From Candidatus Latescibacterota bacterium (GTDB lineage: Bacteria > Latescibacterota > UBA2968), in assembly GCA_965204375.1 (NCBI GenBank), contig OZ241986.1, positions 4,704,001 through 4,768,000 on the forward strand: 64,000 nt of DNA. The letters run 5' to 3'. The position numbers and the translations under genes are program-made. The notes beneath the pieces were generated by a model. The model saw only the letters and a list, made by a program, of their open reading frames with translations, was not told where the DNA came from and ran no database searches. Within the stretch, counting starts at the first letter, position 1; the number at the start of each line of letters is the position of its first letter. Positions 34,172 to 42,649 of the stretch are shown here, one piece after another.

Positions 34172-35731
34172 ATGTTGATGACTGGTGGTCAGGCTGTGGT
34201 TGAGACGCTGGATGCATGGGGGGTGGATGTGGTGTTTGGCATTCCGGGGGTTCACACGCTCGCGCTTTACGATGCGCTTTACGATCATCCGCGGATTCGG
34301 CATGTGACGACGCGGCACGAGCAGGGGGCGGGTTTTATGGCGGATGGATATGCGCGGGCTTCTGGGCGCGTGGGCGTGGCGTTGACGACGACGGGACCAG
34401 CGGCGGTGAATGCATTGACGCCGATTGGAGAGGCGTACGCGGAGTCGTCGCCCGTGTTGTTGATATGCAGTGGTCCGACGGATGAAACCAATGGCACAGA
34501 TGCGGGGGTGTTGCACGATATGCGCGACCAGTTTAGCACGTTGTTTTCTGTGACGGGGCGCGGGCAGCGCGTGTCGCGTGTGGAGGATATCCCGGGTGCG
34601 CTATCAGAGGGTTTTGAGGCAATGAAATACGGTCGTCCCCGGCCGTACATTCTGGAAGTTCCGCTGGATGTGTTTAAGGAAGAGGCGGATGTAAATATTG
34701 AGGAGCCAGCGCACCGCCCGCCGCATAAGCCAGAGGAGGTTGCGCTCAATGCAGCCGCAGAGATGATTCAGTCTGCGCGTAAGCCGGTGTTGATCGCGGG
34801 TGGGGGGACGCAAGATGCGAGCGGTGACGTGATCCGGTTGGCAGAGAAACTCGGATTGCCGGTGGCTGTTACTGCGAATGGTCAGGGGGCTGTCCCGGCG
34901 GACCACCCTTTGCTGGTGCGCGGTGAGAGTATGAACAAATGTTTGAATGAGGCGGATGTGGTGATTGCTGTGGGTACGCGTTTGGGTTTTCGGTTTGAGC
35001 AGATGTGGAAGGGTACACCGGAGAAGCTCATTCATCTGGATATTGATCCGGGGGTGATGGGGCGGTCGTTTGAGCCAGATGTTGCGCTGATTGGCGATGC
35101 GGGCGCGGGGTTGAAAGGATTGTACGCGCGTTTGGATGGGGTTAAGACCGCGTGGGATGTCAGTGATTCTGTGTCGCAGGCGTCCGGTCAGTGGGAGGAG
35201 AAACCTTTTCCCGAGTTGCTGGGGATTTTGCGGAATGTTCTGGATCGGGATGCGGTGGTTGTGAACGATATGACGATGATTAGCTATCAGGCGCGTCGCC
35301 ATTTTCCGGTTTATCAGCCGCGCACGTTTTTGTCACCAACGGTTTACGGAACGCTGGGTTTTTCCATGCCAGCGGCTGTGGGTGCCAAGATCGCGTGTCC
35401 AGATAAGCAGGTGGTGTCGCTGTGCGGCGATGGCGGATTTATGTACACGGCGACAGAGCTTTCAACTGCGGTTCAGCAGGGTATATCACTGCCGGTTGTT
35501 TTGTGCAATGACAATACTTATGACGCGATCAAGCGGGCACAGGATCGAGAATGTGATGGGCGGAATATTGCCGTGGAGTTGGCGAATCCCGATTTTGTGA
35601 TGTTTGCACAGAGTTTTGGGATGCAGAGCGTTCGCGTGACTGATGGACAGGGGTTTGGCGAGGCGCTCGAAGAGGCGTTGCAGGCCGAGGGGCCGACGTT
35701 GATTGAGGTTTTTGTGCCGGAGTATTCTTGA
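34172..35731 (+). CDS. thiamine pyrophosphate-binding enzyme (acetolactate synthase-like decarboxylase)
   Basis: GIPGVH, RHEQGAGFMADGYAR, GTLGFSMP, GDGGFMY. Confidence 0.9.
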   Translation: MLMTGGQAVVETLDAWGVDVVFGIPGVHTLALYDALYDHPRIRHVTTRHEQGAGFMADGYARASGRVGVALTTTGPAAVNALTPIGEAYAESSPVLLICSGPTDETNGTDAGVLHDMRDQFSTLFSVTGRGQRVSRVEDIPGALSEGFEAMKYGRPRPYILEVPLDVFKEEADVNIEEPAHRPPHKPEEVALNAAAEMIQSARKPVLIAGGGTQDASGDVIRLAEKLGLPVAVTANGQGAVPADHPLLVRGESMNKCLNEADVVIAVGTRLGFRFEQMWKGTPEKLIHLDIDPGVMGRSFEPDVALIGDAGAGLKGLYARLDGVKTAWDVSDSVSQASGQWEEKPFPELLGILRNVLDRDAVVVNDMTMISYQARRHFPVYQPRTFLSPTVYGTLGFSMPAAVGAKIACPDKQVVSLCGDGGFMYTATELSTAVQQGISLPVVLCNDNTYDAIKRAQDRECDGRNIAVELANPDFVMFAQSFGMQSVRVTDGQGFGEALEEALQAEGPTLIEVFVPEYS

Positions 35732-35787
35732 GAAGTGCATCCTTATAAGTGGTAGGTAGAGATAGGACACAGGCGCAGGAGAATGTT

Positions 35788-37506
35788 ATGGCTACAAAGC
35801 GAAAAAAGAGACGTCACAGAGGGGCTGCTGGCAAGGCGAATGCGGATTTGACGGCGCATATTCGGTCGCTGGGGTTGACGAGTGTGGGGCAATACCAGGC
35901 GTGGTGTCGGGACCATGGATTTAATGGGGCGCTGAATAAGAGCTGGCAGGAGCGGCGGCAGGAGCGCAAGGTTGCGGATCGGGCGATTGATGTGGAATTG
36001 GCCGAGCAGGAATTTGTGCGCCATATTAGCGCGTTGGGGTTGGAGACGGTTGCGGATTATACCGCGTGGTGTACCGCAAATGGGTTGAGTACGGGGACGC
36101 ATAAGAGTGTTGCACAGCGCAAGAAAGAGCGCGATTTGGCCGAGCGGTTAAAGAGCGATGCGGTTTTGGCGAAGATGAAGAATCACACGCGGCGGCCACA
36201 GGAGACGATTCGGGCGATTTATGAGGGCAAGCTGTCGGAGGCGGAGTTGAATCGCCCGCATTTGCAAAAGATCCAGCGGGCTTTTGATGGGCTGGGGAGA
36301 GACCGCAAGGGGCGGCGTGCGCTGTTGCAGTTGTTGCTTCATGTGGAAAAGCGGGACGATTTTTTTGATGTCAAGCCCGCGATTGTGCGCCTGGGACCTT
36401 CTGATGGGAATACATTTATCGAGGGTTTGGGTGCGCTGGCGCATTGGCACAAGCGGTGGTTGCGCGATCCAGCGGAGTGGCGACCAGATTCGCACAATGG
36501 GCGCAAGCAGTTTGGTTCGCTTGCGCGACATTTGCTCGCGAAGTACGATGTGCCCGCGTTTATGGATATCGCGTGGTTTCTCGGCGAGGAAGACGAGGCG
36601 CGGCAGCAGCAGGGATGGTTTGTGCATGTGGGTACGGGCGGGAATATTCGCAAGGCAGATGTTCCGCTGACGCTGACGAAGAAGATGGCGCATTTGTTTT
36701 TGGAGTCGCCGCACGATTACACGATTTACGAGGCGTTTCGGCGCGGTCAAATTCTGGGGCTTGGCGGGGAAGAGCCGCTGGTGCGCGCGGTGAATGGTAC
36801 GCGGTTGGGATCGTCTTTTGAATGCGAAGATTTCTGGCATAAGGTGGTGCATTTTTTTGTGAATAATCCAATGCTCGATCCCGATGAGGTGGGACCGATT
36901 GTGGATTATATTCACAACCAGAAATACGTGCCTCGAGAAGAGACGGTTGGTGGCGAGGTTGTGCAATTGCCTCCCGAGCAGCCGAATTTTTCGATTAAGG
37001 GGCGCAGTATGGTCAAGTTGCTTCGGCAGGTCGAGACGTGGCACCGGCAGTTGGCGAGGCAGAATCGCTTGCCCGCAAAGGTGTGGGCGCCTTCGGGTCT
37101 CAATGAGCTGGATTGGACAGCGACGGATAATTATGGGAATGAAAAGGAGCGGTGGACGATTACGGAGTTGCTGTCGGTCAAAGAGTTGTCCCTTGAGGGA
37201 CGCAAGATGCACCACTGCGTGGGGTCTTATGCGAATAATTGCAAAACCGGGAGGTCATCGATTTGGACGATGCAGGTTACGACGCCGGAGGATGAGACAC
37301 ATCGGGTGATGACGATTGCGGTGCAAAATGGCAGCCGAAGTATTACGCAGGCGCGCGGGAAGTGCAATGCGCGACCCAATGGCAGGACGCCCAGTGGCAA
37401 GCGTCGAGATTTTAGCAAGGCGTATGAACGCCATTTGCGGAAGTCGCGCCATGTGTTGTATTTGTGGCGGGAGCAAGAGGGGCTGTCTATGTCGCGTGGG
37501 GTGTGA
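35788..37506 (+). CDS. PcfJ-like domain protein
   Basis: C-terminal WTITELLSVKELSLEGRKMHHCVGSY...QARGKCNARP; AGGAG RBS before ATG 35788; duplicated N-terminal module. Confidence 0.8.
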   Translation: MATKRKKRRHRGAAGKANADLTAHIRSLGLTSVGQYQAWCRDHGFNGALNKSWQERRQERKVADRAIDVELAEQEFVRHISALGLETVADYTAWCTANGLSTGTHKSVAQRKKERDLAERLKSDAVLAKMKNHTRRPQETIRAIYEGKLSEAELNRPHLQKIQRAFDGLGRDRKGRRALLQLLLHVEKRDDFFDVKPAIVRLGPSDGNTFIEGLGALAHWHKRWLRDPAEWRPDSHNGRKQFGSLARHLLAKYDVPAFMDIAWFLGEEDEARQQQGWFVHVGTGGNIRKADVPLTLTKKMAHLFLESPHDYTIYEAFRRGQILGLGGEEPLVRAVNGTRLGSSFECEDFWHKVVHFFVNNPMLDPDEVGPIVDYIHNQKYVPREETVGGEVVQLPPEQPNFSIKGRSMVKLLRQVETWHRQLARQNRLPAKVWAPSGLNELDWTATDNYGNEKERWTITELLSVKELSLEGRKMHHCVGSYANNCKTGRSSIWTMQVTTPEDETHRVMTIAVQNGSRSITQARGKCNARPNGRTPSGKRRDFSKAYERHLRKSRHVLYLWREQEGLSMSRGV

Positions 37507-37586
37507 GCGAATAGACGAATAATCCGCAGATGACGCAGAAAAAACGCGAGTAATTTGAGCGTTTTACACAGATGAAGGGCGAATAG

Positions 37587-37626
37587 ACGGAGCGGTGTAC
37601 AACTGACCGCCTCTCAGGTCAGTTCA
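37587..37626. repeat. 40-bp intergenic hairpin element, copy 2, inside a GAATAGAC-type short-repeat tract
   Basis: ACGGAGCGGTGTACAACTGACCGCCTCTCAGGTCAGTTCA. Confidence 0.85.
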
Positions 37627-37680
37627 TAGACGAATAGACGAATCAACGAATCGTAGCAGTTCATAGGCGCACAGATTTAA

Positions 37681-40080
37681 TTATTCATATCGCAACGCTG
37701 TGGCTGGGTCGGTCAGGGCTGCGCGAATCGCCTGGGTGCTTACTGTCATGATCGCGATTGCCATTGTCAGCAATCCGCTCAATATAAAGACCAACGCGCC
37801 CAGGTCTATGCGATACGCGAATCCCGCCAACCATTCGTTCATGACCCAATAGGCCAGCGGAAATGCGATCAGGTTGGCCAGGAGTACCAGAATTACAAAT
37901 TCCCGCGAGAGCAGGCGTATGATATTGGGCACGGATGCGCCCAGGGTCTTGCGGATGCCAATTTCTTTGGTGCGCTGTTCTGCTGTAAATGCCGCCAGGC
38001 CAAACAGGCCCAGGCACGCGATTACAATCGCCAGTCCGGCAAATACGGTTATAAGTGTTCCTATCCGTTGTTCAGCCAGATAATATCGCGCCAGGTTTTC
38101 GTCTAAAAAACGATAATAAAACGGCTTTTCGGGAATGTATTTCCGCCATATTTCACCGATATATTTAAGCGTTTCGTCAATATCCTGGCCGCGAATTTTT
38201 AGTGCTATCACGTTGAACTTGGGTTGCCACATCGCGATCGCCACGGGCCGAATGACTTCGTGTAGCGACCGGTTGTGAAAATCTTTTACCACGCCGATCA
38301 CAACGCCCTTCTCCCGGTTATCCGCGGCCCATCCAAATTCCTTTCCAAGCGGGTCGGTCCATCCCAATCGCTTCACGGCAGTTTCGTTCAGGATAAACGC
38401 CTGAGATGTATCGGTTGTTACGGCCAGCGAAAAATTGCGACCCGCTGTGAGTTCCAGATTATAGGTGTCTAAAAAAGCTTCATCCACGCCCAGGACACGC
38501 ATCCGCCAGTCTTCACCTCCCCTGCCTTCGGGAAATACCCTGTCCAGTTGTCCCCCATATCTCATCGAAGAATGCGATGCCGATGCTTTCAAAATGTTTG
38601 GGTGCTTCAAAAATTCATTCTTGATGTTCAAATAATCATCGGTCAATCGCCGGTCTGTCGCAAATAGCCAGGTCATGACCATGAGATCTTTATCAAATCC
38701 CAGATTCTTATTCTGCACGTAATTCAATTGCTGGTACACCGTGTATGTACCCGCGATTAAGAATGTCGAGATCGCAAATTGAAATACCACGAGGATCTGT
38801 CGCAGTCGGCCGCTTCTGTTACTCGAGACAAGCGTACCTTTCAGTACTGTTACGGGCCGAAAACTGGATAGAAATAGCGCAGGATATCCTCCGGCGAGTA
38901 CGCTTACCAGCACGGTTAAAGCAAATAGTCCGGCAATCGCATACCACAGGGTCTGTCCTTCAAGCGCGATTGTTTTTTGGGCGAAGTTATTCAGGAGGGG
39001 GAGTGAAATTTTCACAATAATTAGCGACAATATCCCGGCCAGCAGTGCGGTTAAAAATGTTTCTCCCAGAAATTGTCGAATCAATTGGATGCGATAGGCT
39101 CCCACTACCTTCCGCAACCCAACTTCGCGTGCCCGTCGCGCTGAGCGCGCTGTTGATAGGTTCATAAAGTTGATGCACGCAATCAGTAAAATAAATATTC
39201 CGATGATCGCAAACAGGTACACATATGTGATGTCGCTATAAGATGAAATGCCATAATCCACTTTGGAATACAGATACATGCGCTCTAAAGGCTGCAAAAA
39301 ATAGGTGCTCTTTTTGACGATCTCATCGCCCATGTATCGCGCCATGAATTCAGGCAATTTTGCTTCGAGTGCTTTCGCATCTGCGCCTTCTCGCAATAAG
39401 ATGTAATTGTTTGCTGGTCGCCAGGTTGAATCTACCGCCCAGTTTTCAAATACGTTCCGCGTCCAACGGGTATTTACCGTTGCACATACAATGTCAAATT
39501 GCAGGGTTGAATGTCGAGGCACGTTTTTCAGCACCCCGGTAATCGTATATACCCCACCCATATACCGATCATCGACGGTGAGTACTTTTCCTATTGGGTC
39601 GTCATTCCCAAAAAATCGTTGCGCGGTTGTCTCTGTCACCAGGATGGAAAGCGGTTCTTTGAGTACTGTCGCGCGATCTCCCTTTACCAGTTCAAAATCG
39701 AAGACTTCCAAAAAATCGGGATCCGTCAAACAGAACCGCTGATTGAATTTGCGGTCTTTATACGTGGTCCAGCTATAGTCCGGCATATATCGTACGACTG
39801 TTTCGATTTCTGAATAATCTTTTTTTAGCGCGGGTCCCGCTGCGCCCGATGTGCCAAATCCCATGTCACGGGTGCCGTCATCGTTGCGCATCTCGCGGAG
39901 CAATTTGTAGATCCGATCACTCTTTGTGTGAAACCGATCCACACGAAATTCATCGTGAATAAATAATCCGATCAGAACACAACAAGCCACGCCTACCGAT
40001 AATCCCAGTACGTTGATCAGGGAGTATCCTTTGTGGCGCATCAAATTGCGCAGGGCGATTTTCAGATAGTTTTGGAGCAT
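37681..40080 (-). CDS. ABC transporter permease, MacB/FtsX duplicated type
   Basis: MLQNYLKIALRNL, INFMNLSTARS, RTKEIGIRK, ALRYE. Confidence 0.95.
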   Translation of the reverse strand: MLQNYLKIALRNLMRHKGYSLINVLGLSVGVACCVLIGLFIHDEFRVDRFHTKSDRIYKLLREMRNDDGTRDMGFGTSGAAGPALKKDYSEIETVVRYMPDYSWTTYKDRKFNQRFCLTDPDFLEVFDFELVKGDRATVLKEPLSILVTETTAQRFFGNDDPIGKVLTVDDRYMGGVYTITGVLKNVPRHSTLQFDIVCATVNTRWTRNVFENWAVDSTWRPANNYILLREGADAKALEAKLPEFMARYMGDEIVKKSTYFLQPLERMYLYSKVDYGISSYSDITYVYLFAIIGIFILLIACINFMNLSTARSARRAREVGLRKVVGAYRIQLIRQFLGETFLTALLAGILSLIIVKISLPLLNNFAQKTIALEGQTLWYAIAGLFALTVLVSVLAGGYPALFLSSFRPVTVLKGTLVSSNRSGRLRQILVVFQFAISTFLIAGTYTVYQQLNYVQNKNLGFDKDLMVMTWLFATDRRLTDDYLNIKNEFLKHPNILKASASHSSMRYGGQLDRVFPEGRGGEDWRMRVLGVDEAFLDTYNLELTAGRNFSLAVTTDTSQAFILNETAVKRLGWTDPLGKEFGWAADNREKGVVIGVVKDFHNRSLHEVIRPVAIAMWQPKFNVIALKIRGQDIDETLKYIGEIWRKYIPEKPFYYRFLDENLARYYLAEQRIGTLITVFAGLAIVIACLGLFGLAAFTAEQRTKEIGIRKTLGASVPNIIRLLSREFVILVLLANLIAFPLAYWVMNEWLAGFAYRIDLGALVFILSGLLTMAIAIMTVSTQAIRAALTDPATALRYE

Positions 40081-40087
40081 GATTTTT

Positions 40088-40684
40088 TTAAATCAGACAA
40101 TGCGCCACTGCGTCTCTGTACGTTTCGAGCGCTGGGGTTTCCAGGTTCTTCACCTTGGCCAGATCATCCCATTTCCTGAGGTGTACGGCATTCTGGTAGT
40201 AAGGATTGCTTTCGAACTCGGTCCTTTCCCGATCTGACATGAGGCCTCCTTGCAGTTGGAAACTATGCTTAGAGGCTTCGGAAAGGGTGTTGTAGTAGGT
40301 CGAATCCGTGGTGCAGATGTATCGCTTGGCCGGAACGTGAAGTTTCACCGGTTCGGTCACCGCCTCGATAAAAAAGGGTGCTATGTACGCGGCGCCCACT
40401 TCTTCGTGGAGAAAGTCCTGGGTGTGGAAATCTGCGTTTTCTGCGTGTTCGTCCATCAGAAAATGGCCGATATCGTGCAATAGTGCGGCAGTTATCTGAA
40501 TCGCGTCTCCATTGGCGAGCTGGGCCAGATTGGCGCACTGGAGCGCGTGTTCGAGTTGCGTTACGACTTCGTCGTAGTAGGACTGGCCCCTCGCTTCCAT
40601 GTAGGCGAACAGGGCATCTATTTTTTTTTCTGGCCTGCCTTCGGCCAATTGGTTCGCGAGTGTTGGATCGACGCGTTCCTTCAT
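40088..40684 (-). CDS. HD-domain diiron oxygenase, PhnZ/TmpB-like
   Basis: VTQLEHALQCA, AALLHDIGH, HEEVG, LHVPAKRY, SFQLQGG, WDDLAK. Confidence 0.85.
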   Translation of the reverse strand: MKERVDPTLANQLAEGRPEKKIDALFAYMEARGQSYYDEVVTQLEHALQCANLAQLANGDAIQITAALLHDIGHFLMDEHAENADFHTQDFLHEEVGAAYIAPFFIEAVTEPVKLHVPAKRYICTTDSTYYNTLSEASKHSFQLQGGLMSDRERTEFESNPYYQNAVHLRKWDDLAKVKNLETPALETYRDAVAHCLI

Positions 40685-40737
40685 TTTGGCACCATCTTTC
40701 TCTAAAAATGTTCGAGTGATAAATTGAATTGGAGGGG

Positions 40738-41412
40738 TTACAACTGTTCATCCCGGTCTAACCATCCGTCTGATAGATGTACGATGCGGTCTCCGTAAGC
40801 GGCGTTTTTCTCGGAGTGCGTGCATTGGACAATGGTTACGCCTTCGGCATTCAGGTGTTTGAACAGGGTCATGATCCGCTCGCCTTCTGCCGAGTTTAAG
40901 TTGCCGGTTGGTTCGTCGGCCAGGATCAATTTTGGTTGGGTGATCAATGCCCGGGCTATGCCCACCTGTTGTTGTTGTCCGCCGGATAACTGGTTGGGGA
41001 ATAGTCGCTTTTTTGCCACGATGTTGAAGCGGTCCAGCATTTCGGCGATGCGGCCTTTGCGCTCGGCACCTTTTACTTTTTGATATAAGAGGGGTGTTTC
41101 CAAATTTTCGGAGACGGTTAGTTCGTCGATTAGATGGTAACTTTGGAATACAAATCCGATGTGGTCTCGGTGCAACTCGGTCAATGCGCGTTCGTCCAGT
41201 TTGTGAACTGCGCGGTTGTAAAAATGATACTCTCCATTCGAGGCGGTGTCCAGCATGCCCAGGATGTGCAATAGGGTTGATTTGCCGGCTCCAGAGGGTC
41301 CCATGATGGATACAAATTCCCCTTCGCGGATTTGTAGGTCTATTCGCCGGAGTACGAATGTTTTTACGATGCCGTTTTCGTAGTATTTTTCGATGTTTTT
41401 TAGTTCGATCAT
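40738..41412 (-). CDS. ABC transporter ATP-binding protein (LolD/MacB type)
   Basis: GPSGAGKST, LSGGQQQ, ADEPTGNL. Confidence 0.95.
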   Translation of the reverse strand: MIELKNIEKYYENGIVKTFVLRRIDLQIREGEFVSIMGPSGAGKSTLLHILGMLDTASNGEYHFYNRAVHKLDERALTELHRDHIGFVFQSYHLIDELTVSENLETPLLYQKVKGAERKGRIAEMLDRFNIVAKKRLFPNQLSGGQQQQVGIARALITQPKLILADEPTGNLNSAEGERIMTLFKHLNAEGVTIVQCTHSEKNAAYGDRIVHLSDGWLDRDEQL

Positions 41413-41458
41413 CTCTATCTCCTTATTAGCTATCAGCGGTTAGCTGTTAGTCCCAGCC

Positions 41459-41504
41459 CTTCACACTTCACACTTCACACTTCACACTTCACACTTCACA
41501 CTTC
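41459..41504. repeat. heptamer tandem repeat (CTTCACA)6+CTTC
   Basis: Six exact copies between the 85-aa gene stop and the ATPase gene. Confidence 0.95.
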
Positions 41505-41762
41505 CTATGCGCGTCGTTCGAAAAGGATGGATACCTCGTGTTCAGATGGCTCGCCAATTTCTACGAGCGACCAGTCTGCGTCGTAGTTTTCCACGATCCG
41601 CTTCAAACACATGACTCTCTGTTCGTGGGGTTCGGCGTGTTCCTCCCAGGCGAATAGTTCCATGCGGTAATCGTATTTTCTGCTTTTGCCGTTTACCACC
41701 ACGGTTACTTCCACGGTGTCTTCGGCGTCTAAAGGCGGCAATTTGATTGAGATTTTGGGCAT
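41505..41762 (-). CDS. hypothetical protein (85 aa) in the ABC exporter operon
   Basis: GGAG RBS; co-oriented within the operon; protein-like composition. Confidence 0.7.
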   Translation of the reverse strand: MPKISIKLPPLDAEDTVEVTVVVNGKSRKYDYRMELFAWEEHAEPHEQRVMCLKRIVENYDADWSLVEIGEPSEHEVSILFERRA

Positions 41763-41789
41763 GGTGATTCTCCGAAGTCGTGATCAACG

Positions 41790-41888
41790 CTACTCATACC
41801 GCAGGGCGTCAACGGGATTGGATCGCGCAGCGCGAATGGCCTGGAGGCTTACGGTACACAGGGCGATTTTGAGATAGTTTTTGAGCAT
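41790..41888 (-). pseudogene. mini-permease: first 10 and last ~21 codons of an ABC permease joined in frame
   Basis: Translates to MLKNYLKIAL-C-TVSLQAIRAARSNPVDALRYE*. Confidence 0.88.
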
Positions 41889-41900
41889 GCGGTTTTTCCG

Positions 41901-42578
41901 CTATCCCCTGATGTTTTCTGTGACGACATGACCGTCGAACAGGTGGATGATGCGATGCGCGTATCCCGCGTCGTGCGAATTGTGGGTCACCATGACGATT
42001 GTGGTGCCGTTTTTGTTCAGTTCGGTCAACAGATCCATGACCTCGTTGCCGTTTGCCGAGTCGAGGTTACCCGTTGGCTCGTCTGCAAGGATGATGTTGG
42101 GGTTTGCTATGACGGCTCTGGCCACGGCTACGCGCTGCTGCTGACCGCCGGATAGTTGTTGCGGGAAATGCTTTTCGCGGTGTTTGATGCCCATGTATTC
42201 GAGGGATTCATCCAGGCGCTGTTTGCGCTCGCTGGTTGGTAAGCCCAGGTATAACAGAGGCAGTTCCACGTTTTCGGCGACGGTCAGTTCGTCGATGAGG
42301 TTGAAACTTTGAAATACAAAGCCGATATTTGACTTGCGGGTGTTGGCTCTTTGCCGTTCGGTGTGTTTGGAGACTTCTTCTTCGTTCAGAAAGTATTCCC
42401 CACCGCTCGGATTGTCCAGCAGGCCGAGTACGTTCAAGAGTGTGGATTTGCCACATCCAGACGGTCCCATGATGGCGACAAATTCGCCTTCGTCAATATC
42501 TACGTTGACATTGTTCAGAGCCGTGGTTTCCACTTCTTCGGTGGTATAGACTTTCTGGAGGTTGACGGTTTTGATCAT
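41901..42578 (-). CDS. ABC transporter ATP-binding protein (LolD/MacB type)
   Basis: GPSGCGKST, LSGGQQQRVAVARA, ADEPTGNLD; GAGGAG RBS before ATG 42578. Confidence 0.95.
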   Translation of the reverse strand: MIKTVNLQKVYTTEEVETTALNNVNVDIDEGEFVAIMGPSGCGKSTLLNVLGLLDNPSGGEYFLNEEEVSKHTERQRANTRKSNIGFVFQSFNLIDELTVAENVELPLLYLGLPTSERKQRLDESLEYMGIKHREKHFPQQLSGGQQQRVAVARAVIANPNIILADEPTGNLDSANGNEVMDLLTELNKNGTTIVMVTHNSHDAGYAHRIIHLFDGHVVTENIRG

Positions 42579-42649
42579 TGTGAGACTCCTCTTTAAGGTG
42601 AGATGTAAGACATAAGACATGAGACGTTAAAAGCATCTACTTTGAGACA

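Noticed and set aside
33803-34516. 237-aa minus-strand ORF
   Set aside because: Antisense to the ThDP enzyme start and runs through REP and operator DNA; no protein-like features.
41459-41504. Tandem repeat as a CRISPR array
   Set aside because: 7-bp units with no spacers, and no cas genes in the window.
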